DNA of 64,000 nucleotides from the human T2T-CHM13v2.0 reference genome, Homo sapiens. Positions 30,581 to 48,050 of this stretch are shown here, one piece after another; the stretch's first letter is position 1; every line of letters begins with the position of its first letter. The notes under the pieces are model-generated. The model had not been told where the DNA came from. It saw nothing but the letters and a program-made list of their open reading frames with translations, and did no database searches. The position numbers and the translations under genes were made by a program. Location: the NCBI RefSeq assembly GCF_009914755.1, contig NC_060935.1. One strand, 5' to 3'.

Positions 30581-31149
30581 TAAAACCCCATTTCTTCCTG
30601 TCCGACAGGAAGAAGAAACTTAGAGCAGCTATTTCATGTCACTCATTGCCTCTTTTCATCGACTTACAAACTATAATTACATTTCTTTTCCTCATGTGCC
30701 TTGCCTGTGGGCACAACCAAAAATTCCTGTAAAGCCTCCCTGTGGTTTGTTTCCCAGAACTTTCCTGGTAAGGTCACTCTCCTGGGGCTGGCCTCCAGGG
30801 TTTTACAGCTGTTCCCATTACCAGTGCCCACTCACAGGCCTCCACCACCACCGGGTCATTGCCAGACCACTGTGTAGGAATGGCCCAGCTCCCACGATGA
30901 CAAGGTTCTCTCAGGCCAGCAGCTCCAAGGACAAAACACCTCCTCTCCCCTCCATGGTGCAAGCCACTGTGCTTGTAAAAAAATATATTTTTACTAAAAA
31001 AAAAAGTCTTATGTTTTATAATTTGGAGATGGTTGTAAAAAGTTCAGAAAAAAAGGGTTCTCTTACTAAAAAGAATTTTGAACACTACAGTCTGGTGGAA
31101 AAATGAAGGTCTAAGTAACACCAACAGCAGTGTGACTACATCCAACGTT

Positions 31150-31610
31150 CCCTCTTCTGGCCTACGCTCCCACCCAAATCTGAAATCCTCTGGCTTCATC
31201 TCTTGCCCACACCTCCCCTGCTACCAACCACCCGATTACAGGCACAACCACAGTGCACTGCCTGGTTCTTTGAACACTGCCTGCATTTTCCTCTCCCTCC
31301 CTCTGTGGCTCATGCTGTTACCTTTATCTGAATGCCTCTCCTTCCCCCACTAACAAAATCTTACTGCCTTCAAGGTCCAACTCATTTATCACCTCCTCTG
31401 TAAAATATTTTTCAATCTCCTGATAGAATCTGTTTGTCTCTTCTGCAAATCAACAGCAGTTTAAAGATGCCTTTACTATAGCGTTGATATCACTTTATCA
31501 CTGTTACTTGCACACCTGTCTCCCCCACAGACCTGAGCTCCTCGAGGTGTATCCACTTTAGTATTTCATTCAATGTATGCAATAAGTGTGTGTGAGATAA
31601 ACAAATCATT
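31150..31610 (+). mobile_element. L2 fragment
   Basis: ccttcaaggtccaactc...tcacctcctctgt; gagctcctcgagg. Confidence 0.55.
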
Positions 31611-32026
31611 GAAAAGACTCTCCGAACAAACAAACAGAAACAGCTATTTCCTCTCTTAAGGTGAGGGAATTTGAGTGGATGGACCTACATTGTACAAGAA
31701 AATACATATATGTAAATCGGATTTTGGATTAGGTCACTAGAGGGGTTTATAGTACTTTCTTGTCTCTTTAAAGACAACTGAAATTCTGAACCTGAAAACA
31801 CAGGAACAGAGTAAATCTTTTCAAGTCATTCCTTACTTTGGGATCAAAGAAATTCAAGTAAAATGGGCTGTTCTTTCAATATTATTGGTTGGATCTTAGA
31901 ATGCCTAAGAAATGGCAGTCTAATTTCAAATGCCTCTGGGAAGCCTAGTTTCTAATGCCCACCAGACTGGGGTCCAGTGGTATTCCCACTGAAAACATCC
32001 AGTTCTACCAAATTAATGGGTGATCA

Positions 32027-32328
32027 GGTCAAGTGCAGTGGCTCACACCTGTAATCCCAGCACTCTGGGAGGCTGGGGTGGGAGAATTGCTTGAGCCCAG
32101 GAGTTCAAGACTAGCCTGGGCAACATAAGGAAACCCTATCTTTACAAATAATAATTTTAAAAAATTGGCTGGGCATAGTGGCACACGCTTGTGGTCTCAG
32201 TTACTTGGGAGGCTGAAATGGGAGGATCGCTTGAGCCTGGGAGGTTAAGGCTGCAGAGAGACATCATCGCATCACTGCACTACAGCCTGGGTGACAGAGC
32301 AAAACTGTGTCTCAAAAAAAAAAAAAAA
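32027..32328 (+). mobile_element. AluJ
   Basis: Full dimer. Confidence 0.9.
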
Positions 32329-33727
32329 GGTGGGGGGAATCAAACATATTCCTCTCCACCAATTCTCCTACACTGGGTTCTAGCTGCCATTTATAGAAGA
32401 GCCCTTAAGGGCTTTACAGTTTTCCTCTTCTGCCTGTGAATGGCAATGTGGTCAAGAGGGAAGCTTTTAAAATTCAAGAGTAGACAGCTAGCAGGCTGGA
32501 GCCCAGTCCTGGCTTCCAGCTTTCTGGAATGGTAAAATCCTAGGCAAGTCCCTGTCTCCCTTAGGGCCTTTGCTTTTTCCTCCACATGAGAGGGCTGGAC
32601 TAGCTGTTCAAGCATCCTTCGGCTTGACTGTCCTACTGCATCATTCTACGCAGTCACCCAGTCCTACTGCTTTCTAAGTCCAAAGCAGCAGAAAGACTCC
32701 TTTCAGCAGAGCCCCGGGCTTGGGGCTTTGGGATCAGACAGAGGTCCATCACCAATGAACAGTAGCCTTTTTTAGAAGAAAAAAAATGGAAGACTCAGGC
32801 TTCCTGCCTAAGGAGGGCTGGACAGAGAAGAAAGGTGCTAAATTACAGAATGGGGAAATTAGGAAATGGCCTGAAAGAGGACTAAGGCTCCTGCTGAGGT
32901 CCTTGCTCAGACTCACCCCTATCCATAAGTCTGAGACAAAGTTGCCTTTACAAAGCAGACATTGAACAGCTGACAATACCTAAGTTCTCTTGGAAGACAA
33001 TCTGTCTATTGCAAATCAAGCATTCTCTACCTGGGTGCTATTAGGGCCTTCAGATCAACAAAACAAATGTCTTCCTCAAGATGGCAATCCTGGGCCCCCT
33101 CCACCTGGAAGCCACATCTGGCAGGACCTGCACAGTGTTGACCACTGCCACACAAACTTTGCTTGCACAGCCTTCCTAGGAAGGCAGAGAAATACCCATT
33201 CTGTGGTCAAGTCCTAGTGTTTTATGATAGGAAGTTTTCCCAGGTCCTTACTCCTGACCTAATTCCCCCTGCCTCTCCTACCACCAGCACCCCACCCCTG
33301 ACCTTAAGGCTCTGAACTAGGGAAGTGTGGAATTCAGTCTATAATTCTTCTAGACCCCACAGCCCTGCAGTGAAGCAGCTACCACACACCTTCATGCTAG
33401 GTTGCGCCCCCTCTCCTTCAGTCTGCCAGTCATCCAGCCCTACTTCACCTCCGCTCAGCTCACAACCCTCCGTATAAAGCTCAATGTCCAGATACTCACA
33501 ACATAGGTACTCACAGCTTGCTTCAGTTTCTTGGAGTCTCTGTGATAACGTTAATATATAAGCCAATTTTCTGAAATCTCTCAAATCCACAGGCCCCTGA
33601 CCACTGTCCCTTATTAAGTCGGAGCATGTTAACACTGGGCCACATAAACATAGGCTTCCAGCCAGGAAAGACTGGATCAAGGAAGCAATACCCTAGATCC
33701 CCATGAAAGCACCATTTTACCCTTCTA

Positions 33728-36246
<2,519 letters not shown>

Positions 36247-36263
36247 AAAAATACACAAACTAG

Positions 36264-36430
36264 CCAGGCATGGTGGCAGGCGCCTGTAATCCCAGCTACT
36301 CAGGAGGCTAAGGTGGGAGAATCACTTGAAACCTGGGAGGTGGGGGTTGCAGTGAGCTGAGATCACACCACCGTACTCCAGCCTGGGCAACACAGTGAGA
36401 CTCTGTCTCTAATAATAATAATAATAATAA
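36264..36430 (+). mobile_element. AluS right arm (host of SVA) with (TAA)n tail
   Basis: Continues the left arm after the SVA TSD; aataggctttc repeated downstream. Confidence 0.9.
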
Positions 36431-37258
36431 TAGGCTTTCCAAGCTTAGCTAGCTCAGAACTCTGAGTTCAACAATGACCTTAACCTACCATGATTAAAAT
36501 CTTCAGGATTGCGGAGGCAAGGTGCAAAGTGGAGGGAAAGGGAAGAGGTAGGGTATTAAGAGGAATGTGGACTCAAGCTGCTTTTCTATGATCTACCCAA
36601 GAAAATACCTTCAGCCTGGGAAAGAAGTACCCCTAAGAGTAAGATCTGGGCAAGGCTGTAGGAAGTGTGAGCCCAGACTGTGTCAACCTCCTCAATCCTA
36701 GCTCCCCTCATTCTCCCCGGCTAGACTGATTCTCTAGCCCTACCCCCCAGTACTCCTCAGAACAGGCTGCCACTCCAATGCCAGCCATGCCCCACTGCCT
36801 TGTGTGACTGCACCAAAGCTCATTCAGCTTAATTCTCCTGCTAGCTGTAATATTCTTTAGAGAAAGAACTATGTCTTAACTCTGAATTCTAGCTTAGGGC
36901 TGTGTACCACGTACAATTAATAGATTTTTAAATGAATGAACTAATAAAACCAACCAACTAATCAATCCAACTAAAAAGGGTATTAATAATGTCACCACAG
37001 AACCTAGACCATTTGATGCTTAACACCTCACAGTAGTCCAGAGTGTCCAAGATGGGGTGTGTATACAAGATGATTATAAGTGGTATATGGACAAACTTTT
37101 TTTAAGTTTTTAATACTTTTATATTACTTAATGTATAGAAGAACAAAGCCAGCTACTAACCTCATTATTACCAATCTCACTGATTAGATCAATACTAAAG
37201 AAGTTACGTTTTTTGTATGCTTTTAGTATTGTTTTATAGCAGGTAGAAGTTTAAGGAG

Positions 37259-37557
37259 AGGCGGGGCTTGGTGGCTCATGCCTGTAATTCCAACAATCTG
37301 AGAGGCCAAGACAGGAAGATCGCTTGAGCTCAGGAGTTTGAGACCAGCCTGGGCAACATGGCAAAACCCCCATCTCTACAAAAAATAAAAAACAGCCAGG
37401 CGTGGTGGCACACAGCTGTAGGCCTGGCTACTTTCGACACTGAGGTGGGAAGCTCACTTGAGCCTAGCAGGAGGTCAAGGCTGCAGTGGGCCATGATCAT
37501 GCCACTGCACGCCACAGCCTGGGTGACAGAGTGAGACCTTGTCTCAAAAAAAAAAAA
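37259..37557 (+). mobile_element. AluJ
   Basis: Full dimer; TSD aagtttaag. Confidence 0.9.
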
Positions 37558-37569
37558 GTTTAAGATAAA

Positions 37570-38145
37570 ATGGGATATTTGTGTAACCTCAAAGTATCTC
37601 TCCCAGAGTATTTATTAATTACAAAGGTAGAAATAACCTCACGGTGGAGAAATGGACACATATCACCTTAATCAAGTGATCAACGTTAACACCACAGGCA
37701 ATAAAGACATAATGACACCACGTACCCCGATACCATGTGCTGAGAAGGGCATTTCACCTCTGTGGTGCTCTTCCCAAATCCATGACCTTGATCTAATTAT
37801 GAGAAAACATGAAGTAAACCCAACCTAAGGGATATTCTACAAAATACCTGACCAGTACTCCTGAAAAGGGCCAGGGTCATGAAAGACAAGGACAGACTGA
37901 GGAATTGTCACAGATTAGAGGAGACTAAGGAGACGCAGCAACTAAATGCAACATGGGATCCTGGATTTGATCCTGGAATAGAAAAAGGAGTTTCGTAAGA
38001 AAAACTGGTGAAATCCCAGTAAGTCTATATCAATATCAATTTTAGTTTTGATCATTGTACTGTAGTTACACAAGATTAGGAGAATTTGTACTGCCATTGC
38101 AACTTTTCTCTAAGTCTAAAATTATTTAAAAGTAAAAAGTTTTTA
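37570..38145 (+). mobile_element. L1MC/MD-type 3'UTR
   Basis: caccttaatcaagtgatc...gggatcctggatttgatcctggaatagaaaaagga...gcaacttttctctaagtctaaa. Confidence 0.7.
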
Positions 38146-38654
38146 AAAGCCAAATTTAAAGATAAGTAAATAAAAGTATATACAATACATGGTTACAGGA
38201 AAAAATCATAAAGGTAGGTAAGACTGACTCAAGTTTGGGAAGCACTAAAGTATTTACCCTACACCCAAGAAAAGTCGCCCCCAGAATGAGAATCACTGCT
38301 GTTGAAGAATATTTAGTAAAATAGGGAAATGTTCACTTTATATTACTTGGGGGTAAAATTAATAAATCATCCCTTTCTGTTAAAAAATATATATATCACA
38401 TATATTACCCATAGAAAACAGTCTGTGTTAAAATAAAAATAACCTATGCTAAACAAAGCACAGATGACATTTATTAAATAGTAAATGGGATATGGCTTTT
38501 GGAAAGTAACTTATCAATTAAAATGCTCACAGACTTTGACTCAGTAGCCTCACTCAGGGAGAATATCCTAAGAGAAAATTCCTAAGTATGCAGAATAAAT
38601 GTCTGTTTCCAGCATTATTTTTAATAATTTTAAGAATTAGAAACAATCTCCATA

Positions 38655-38946
38655 TCAGTCATTCCTAGATTAGTATTTTTTTAAACCGCAACCCAATAAA
38701 GAATGTTTTACATTGTAATCTAGCATATGCATGTGTGAGAGGGTGTGTGTGTATGTGCATGTGTGTAAAAAACTGAACCAAAAAGGTTTCTCAAAACAAC
38801 ACTATCTTTACTGTATGTGATGCTCTCTGCTATTTTCAATCCTAATCTATGTTATTAAGAAATTAAGAAAACAAAGTACATAGAGCCCCACTAAACTGAT
38901 TTCCTGACCCAATAATGGATTATGGCCCTTGGTCTGAAAAACTGCA
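38655..38946. mobile_element. Probable hAT-Charlie DNA transposon relic
   Basis: cccactaaactgatttcctgaccc...tctgaaaaactg end motif. Confidence 0.4.
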
Positions 38947-38985
38947 CTAGATGGACTATTGTGCAGCCATTGTAAGAGATGACTA

Positions 38986-39280
<295 letters not shown>

Positions 39281-39452
39281 ATTAATTAATTAATTTAATT
39301 TAATTTAAATTTAAAAAATTTAAAAGAAACTACTATAAACCACAAACTGGTAGCAGCAATTTGTTCTAAGGAGAAAAGAGGGTGGGAGGAAAACTTGCTT
39401 TTCACTGTATATCTTTTTGTACCTTTTGAATTTATAACACGTTTTTTATTTA

Positions 39453-39736
<284 letters not shown>

Positions 39737-39822
39737 GAACTAACTTTAAATGGCAATTACGAAGACTTTATTAGCATGGGAGACAACGCTAATTATGCAT
39801 AATAAAGCTATAACTACATTAA

Positions 39823-40208
<386 letters not shown>

Positions 40209-40339
40209 TAAATCAATTACTGGTAAGGACACAGGAGATTTTAAAGTTAATAGTAGCATTTTCTTTCTTAAGCTAGGTGGTGGGTCACTTAAACTATACA
40301 TATAAAAATAGACATTCTACATATTTTAAATAATTTCTC

Positions 40340-40620
40340 AATTTTTTCCAACTTTACTGAGTTATGATTAACAAAAGTTCTATATACTAAAGATGTACAG
40401 CATGATAATTAGATATACTAATACACTGTGAAACAACTATCACAAACAAATTAACACATTCATTACCATACACAGTTACCATTTTGTGTATGTGGTGGGG
40501 AGAGGTGAGGACACTTAAGACTTACTCTCTTGGCAAATTTCAAGTAAACAATACAGTATTAACTATAGTCACTATGCTGTACATTAGATTCCCAGGATTT
40601 ATCTTATAACTGAACGTTTA
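40340..40620 (-). mobile_element. L1MA-type 3' end
   Basis: caaatttcaagtaaacaatacagtattaactatagtcactatgctgtacattaga. Confidence 0.75.
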
Positions 40621-41585
40621 GCAACATTTTTTTAAAGAAAAGATTTCAAAAGTGGACTCTTTCCTGCAACCTTCCGCTTTGACCTCAGACTCACGGAGCC
40701 ACTCCAACAAGGTACTGAGATAGGATTTAAAACTGTCAGTCAACTGGATACTTTCCACCTCTGTGAAGAGAATCTAACGTGGACTGTACCATCCCCATGG
40801 CTTCTAAAGGTTTCCCTTTCGAACTCTGCAGGTGGGCTAGTTTCGGCATTCCATTCACACTCAGGACTGTTCTTTTGTTTTTCCTCCTTTCCCTACCAAG
40901 CTATTGTTCATTCCCTTACATTTTTAATTACATATAATCTCTTCTAGCATATTCATCTTTGAATTTCCAGCAGGCTGTAATGCAGTACTTTCTTTGTACA
41001 TAGCAAGTGCTCAAAAAATATTTCTTAATCAATATCATAGGCAAAACTCCAGAAAAGAATATATAAAAAGTGGCAAGGACTCAGAGAAGGAAGTATTGAT
41101 CCCTGGAGATTAAGTACAAATCGCATCAAGAGACATCATTACTTTTAGTTAATGAGGTTACTATATAATTATTGTAGGGAATAAAATAGATAATACATGT
41201 AAAACACTCAGCAATAGCTAGTAAGTGATCCATAAATAACAGATTGGGGACTTAAAAAGTAATATCCATACATATTTACACAATATATATTTGTATATAA
41301 TATATATATCATAAATGAATACACACATATGCACATACATATGGCAAAGAATGTCAGGGACATAATTTATCTGGACTTCAGAAAAATCTCTCTTGATCTT
41401 TAAAGAAAAAAAAATCAGAGATGCACCGGCAGCTGGATGGAGTGGTAACTCAGGACAGCTGGGTCCAAACAGTGCTATGAAATGAATCTGCATCAACCAG
41501 GAAGAGGAACTCTGGAACTCCTAGAAGTTTAGGCACATCCCATCTGTTTTTATCACATTTATTGATTTGCATATGTTGAGCCATC

Positions 41586-42347
<762 letters not shown>

Positions 42348-42348
42348 T

Positions 42349-43580
42349 CTTTTTTTTTTTTAAGTTCAGGGGTGCATATGCAGGTTTGTTATACAGGTAG
42401 ACTTGTGTCATGGGGGCTTGTTGTACAGATTATTTGATCACCCAGGTATTAAGCCTAGTACTCATTAGTATTTTTCCTGATCCTCTCCCTCCTCCCACCC
42501 TTCACCCTCAAGTAGGCCTTGGTGCCTGTTCTTCTCCTCTATGTGTCCATGTGTACTCAATGTTTAGCTCCCATTTATAAGTGAGAACATGCGGTATTTG
42601 GTTTTCTGCTCCTGCATTAGTTTGCTAAGGATAGTGGCCTCCAGCTCCATCCATGTTCCTGCAAAGGACATGATTTCATTCTTTTTTTATGGCTGCATAT
42701 GATTCCATGGTGTATATGTACATTTTCTTTAACCAGTCTACTGCGATGGGCATTTAGGTTGATTCCATGTCTTTGCTATTGTGAATAGTGTTGCAATGAA
42801 CATACATGTGCTTGTATCTTTATAATCAAACAAAATTTTTTTTTTTTTTTGGAGACAGAGTCTTACTCTGTCACCCAGTCTGGAATGCAGTGGCACAATC
42901 TCGGCTTGCTGCAGCCACCACCTCTCAGATTCAAGCAATTCTCCTGCCTCAGCCTCCGAGTAGCTAAGACTACAGGCGCACACCTCCACACCCAGCTATT
43001 TTTTTTTTTTTTTTTTGTATTTTTAGTAGAGACACGGTTTCGCCATGTTGGCCAGGCTGGTCTCGAACTCCTGACCTCAAGTGATCTGCCTGCCTCGGCC
43101 TCCTGAAGTGCTGGAATTACAGGCATGAGCCACTGCACCCAGCATCTTATAATCAAATCATTTATATTCCTTTGGGTATATACCCAGTAATGGGATTGCT
43201 GGGTGGAATGGTATTTCTGTTTTTAGGTCTTTGAGGTATCGCAACACTGTCTTCCACAATGGTTGAACTAATTTACACTCCCACCAACACTACATAAACA
43301 TTCCTTTTTCTCCACAACCTTACCAGCACCTATACTTTTTTGGCTTTTTAATAACAGCCATTCTGACTGGTGTGAGATGGTATCTCATTGTGGTTTTGAT
43401 TTGCATTTCTCTAATGATCAGTGATGTTGAGCTTTTTTTCATATGCTTGTTGGCCACATGTATGTCTTCTTTTGAAAAGTGTCTGTTCATGTCCTTTGCC
43501 CACTTTTTAAAAATGGGTTTTTTTTTTCTTGTAAATTTGTTTAAGTTACTTATAGATGCTGGATACTGGACCTTTGTCTT
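42349..43580 (-). mobile_element. L1PA/PB 3' end, interrupted by AluS (42836-43143)
   Basis: L1 3'UTR and ORF2 C-terminus ([15 protein letters not shown]...[18 protein letters not shown]); Alu TSD ttataatcaaa. Confidence 0.9.
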
Positions 43581-43714
43581 ATTAGACTCAGTGTGCTGTT
43601 GAATTCTATTTGCTAGTATTCTGTTAAGGATTTTTGCATATATGTTCATCAGGGATGTTGCCCTGTAATATTCCTTTCTCTTCCCATTTATTCTAGATCT
43701 CATCATGGTTACCC

Positions 43715-44250
43715 TTTTTATCAATGACTTGGATAAGACACAATTATCAAATATGTTTATGATAAATTAATTGGGAGGGATAATGAATATACTAGATATA
43801 ATCAGAGAGAAAAGCCTCCACAAACTGGAACCATAGGTTAAATACGGCAAGATGAAATTTTTAAAGGGTAAAATATGTAATTTTACACTGAAGCTTAGAA
43901 AAATACTGCAAGACAACAGGATAAAGATGGTTATTAGTGAAAAAGACCTGAGGAAAGGTTCAATATGAGTCAACTGATGAGCAAATGTGATTTTGAGTTT
44001 AGCTGACAAAACACAGGGCCCAGATCAAATGAGATTCATGTCCTACTCTGCTCCATTCTGGTTAGAACAAAAGTGTTTCCAGGGGACATATATTATATTT
44101 GCAGTCCCGGGGTAAATGGAGTCTTGAATAACATTTCAGACAAATATATTGAAAGAAAAAAAGGAAATCAAGTCTTTTGGAGCCCCTTAAACTGAGAAGA
44201 TAACACGTCTGATTCATGAGGTTGTAAGTTCTCCTGCAGAACAAGAAGAT
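43715..44250 (+). mobile_element. CR1/L3 LINE relic
   Basis: atcaatgacttggat...aagatgaaattt...gaaaaagacctgagg...aatatgagtcaac motifs of the CR1 RT region. Confidence 0.55.
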
Positions 44251-47086
44251 AGAAAACTACCGCTTTTATCCCCACGGAGTCATCTCTGGGGAATAAAGAA
44301 CGCTCACAGAAAGAAGAGACAGCTGGGCCCTGCCTGACCTGCCCTTTGTCCCTCCTGCTAGTCACATCAAAACCTCCCAGCTGGGGCTCTGACCATCCGA
44401 GCTTTATCAAGGATATAGAGCAGCTCAGGAATCCAAACAATTCTGACCCATCATCTCCCCAAACCATGGTTCACTACAAGCAGAATCACAGTGATATTTT
44501 TAACTATCAGAGTGAATTCTTGTGGATCTTTAACCTCCTATACTAAGCTGTCATCTGATAGCTGTTGTGAGCAAGGACTCAGGCTTAAATGCTGTAACCG
44601 AAACATTAGATGGTAGGAATGCAGCATTTCAGCTTCTTCAGGGATTGCTGGGATATAGACATACCAGCTTATCTCCTGTAAAGGAACCCTATGATGCTTC
44701 TTCTAAGGATCTGGGGAGAGAGAAGAGCAGTGGCCATTCAACATCCGGTTCTTATCCTAGGAACATGGAAGGCGGCCCTGATCTACAGATGAGTCATACT
44801 AAATAAACGTCAACATCCTACAGGAGAAGATGCCATTTTTTAAACTATCTTCTTTTTCCCCAAGGTTAAGAACTTAGAAGTTCCTAATCTATGCAATGAT
44901 TAGCTCCTTATCTAACAAGACATGCACTGGGCCCATCCTATGTTTCTGCGGAAGAGAGCTAGTTTGCCTTTGTGTAAAAAGAGGTCCTTATGAATGTTCA
45001 TTCACTTAGAGATCAACATTGAACAACCTGTGTGATAGAGAAATCAATTAGACCCCACGATGCAAGGAAGGGAAGATGAGGGAGATGATGAAAGGAAAAG
45101 CAGAGGAATGTGGAGGGAGCGGGGAGAGTAGAAAGCAATTTAAGATCTTGAAGGACAGAAACAGGAGGAAGCTTGTTTGGAAGTCTCAGAGTGGCAAATT
45201 TGGGGGAATTCCTGAGCATTACTCCCAGGGATGTCAGGGAACATACTTGAGCACCACTTAGCCTTTTGAATTTGCAGGAAAGAAAGAATTCAGAAAGCTT
45301 TTATTCCCTCCCTGTCTGGGGCTCCTTACCCTGGGGTGATACATCTGCCTACACCCCACTTAGCTGGTTGGCTGAGCTGTGAACGACTGAGAGGAGGAAG
45401 GCAGAGTGAAAAGAACAAAGGGTCAAGGACTACTGTCCCCCGCACAGCTAGTGCCAGCAGAACACTCCCTTCTTACAAGGCCATGGGACTCCAGAGGCTA
45501 AAACTGGTAGATGCTAGCTCATCTCAAACCCGAGCAGATAAAGGAAGTCAACGATTTCACAGTTCTCCTGAAGGTGATGAAAGATTATAGCCACTCATCT
45601 CCAATGCAGACAGCCTCTGCCATCAGTAATGCATGACACAGCTCTTCTAAGGTAAAGGCCCAGAGGAGATGAAGAAGGGGTGCATACTCTGGGAAAATTT
45701 GGCAAGATGAGGCTTGACTCTCTCTGCGTGCTCCCAAGACAGTTACCAAGTTACCACTGCTTTGTCACAGAGGGTCCAAGACCCAGAGAGATGCGAGAGT
45801 TGTCAGAGGCTTAGAGACTTATGTGGTTGGGATTTGGGGGCTTGAAGTGTTTTTTGTTTTGTTGTTGTTTTAGTAAATAAGACTGTCTCAGCAAGCTTCT
45901 GAAGGGTGAACCCTGTACCTCTGTTTTATCCAAGATGGCTAGGAAGAGAGACAGCTCAACGACATCTGACTTCACCTTATGCTCTGAGGGTTGGGAGAGA
46001 ATGGGATAGACTTTCCAAATAAAATAACAATTTGCCAGCCACAAACTTCCTTCCTCTACTATCCAGGTAATCCATTTCCTCCTTAAATCCCTACTGCACC
46101 AGACTGGAGGTGGGGAGGGGGAACGGGGGTGGACTGTGGCAATGTTGTGTGGAGGAGACAGGGACAAAAATGTGAGACATGGACCCAACTGCTGGCTATG
46201 GAACTTGGGATGGACCCCAAGGCCAAGGCCATTCAGACTAAACTAAGAGCACCATGAAGTTTACTACCTTGAGAACCTCTTGAGTTCTCAAGGAAGAGAG
46301 CTGTTCCTGCCTACAGTGGCTGGGGCAGAGATCTAAAGCAAGTAAAGGACCAGACAGACGCTGAGAACCTAGAAGGAGCACACAAAGCCTAATTCAGCCT
46401 CATGACCTTGACTTCCTCTTCCAGAAGTGCCTGGACACAGAGCAGTGCACCTTCAACAGCACAACTCGGCCGTTAAGGCTGCACCAAAATTCATTCAGGA
46501 GCCCAGCCCTGGGCAAAGCAAAGCCTCCTGCCCCCCAGGATGCAGCACTTCTCTGGTTTGTCTTCAGGGGCTCCAATGCAGCTGTATCTGCGGGGAAGCT
46601 GGGGGTCAGGACGCAGACCACAAGAACCCACTCTGTGAGGGGTCACTGCTTTCAAGGACACCAAAGGGGACCCTCATCTCTGCGTTCCTTTCTTCCACCA
46701 TGATCCCTCTCTGCTTCCTCTCCTGCCATGTGGGGTGGTGAGAATGGGGACAAGCAGGGCGGACCGAGCACTCTTTTAATAGGAAACAAGGACTCGGAGG
46801 TGACCAGCTGCAGAGGTGAGCAAGGCTCCAGAAGGACTCCAGCTTCTGACCCGGATGGCTGAGTGCCACCACCATTTCAGGGAACACTGACCAAACAGAA
46901 GATTCCACGCTGCTTTGCTGCGGTCATGTCTGAGTTTACCCAAGAGGGGAAGCTGCTCCAACAGAGGAAGTTAATTAGACCAGACAAGAGCGGGGAGCAG
47001 AGGTGGAAGACAGGGATGAGACAAGAAACTGTGGAGGACAAAAAGTAAGATGAAAGGAAGGAGGGAGGCAGGGAAGGGAGGAGAAA

Positions 47087-47375
47087 GTGTGTGTGTGTGG
47101 GGTGTGTGTGTGGGTGTGTGTGTGGTGTGCATGTGTGTGGTGTGTGTGTAGTATGTGTGGAGTGTGTTGTGCGTGTGTGTGTATGGTGTGTTTGTGTGTG
47201 GTGTGTGTGGTGTGGTGTGTATGGTGTGTTTGTGTGTGTGGTGTGGGTATGTGGTGTGCTTTTGTGCATGTGGTGTGTGTGCATATGTGTGGTGTGTGTG
47301 TGTTGTGTAGTATGTGTGGTGTGTGTGGTGTTTGTGTGTGTGGTATGTGTGTGCATGTGCATGTGCAGCATATGT
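47087..47375. repeat. Degenerate (TG)/(TGTGG)n low-complexity tract
   Basis: About 290 nt, G/T dominated. Confidence 0.95.
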
Positions 47376-47859
47376 TGTAAGAGGAGGTGGGAGAGGAGTG
47401 GGTGACACATCAGAGCCGTCACTGCAATGCTGAGCCCCTGGCTGTGGTGATGACTGGCCACAGCGCAATTCAGCAGTGGTGTCTTTGCAGTCAGCTTCCG
47501 TGGTCAGCACAAGGCAAAAATCATGTGGAGTCAAGTTATCTTGAAAATTCCCTTAGAAAGGCACCACACTGGAGACCCGCCAGTCTCCGGGGAGCCCCAT
47601 TCAGTACTATTCATATACATTATTTTTGTGCACTCCTATGAATCTGAGAACTAGAAGGACCCAAGGAGTCCATCTTCCTTCTCTGTGGTTCTCAAAAACA
47701 ATTCTGAGGAGCTGAACCATTGATATGGTCTGAATGCTTCTGAGTAAGTTTCTCTCAGCTCTCAGAGATTGGTTTATCACCTAATGTTATCCAGCCAGAC
47801 GGACTTTCTGCGAAGCCCACACTCTCTTCCATGCTGCTGTTGTCTTAAAATTGTCTTAG

Positions 47860-48050
47860 GAGGGAGAGGCCTATATCACGGGTCCCGCCCCACCACTAAA
47901 TAGCTGTGTGTGCTGGGAACAGTCGCTTCCCCTTTCGTCCCCAATCTCCCCTTCTATAAAACAGAGCCAGACTAGATGAACTCTAAGAGCCCAGACAATG
48001 CTCTGCTGAATGAAAAAGTGCTTTGAAAAGTCCAAGTACTTCACAAACAG
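47860..48050 (+). mobile_element. MIR/MIR3
   Basis: ccactaaatagctgtgtg...ctataaaac...gactagatgaactctaag. Confidence 0.55.

Noticed and set aside
30636-31106. 156-aa plus-strand ORF
   Set aside because: No domain resemblance, runs through A tracts, no supporting gene structure.
43320-43724. ORF with L1 ORF2-like peptide
   Set aside because: Chance in-frame fusion of two dead L1 fragments.
46877-47534. His/Thr- and Cys/Val-rich ORFs
   Set aside because: Artefacts of the TG/CA tract.
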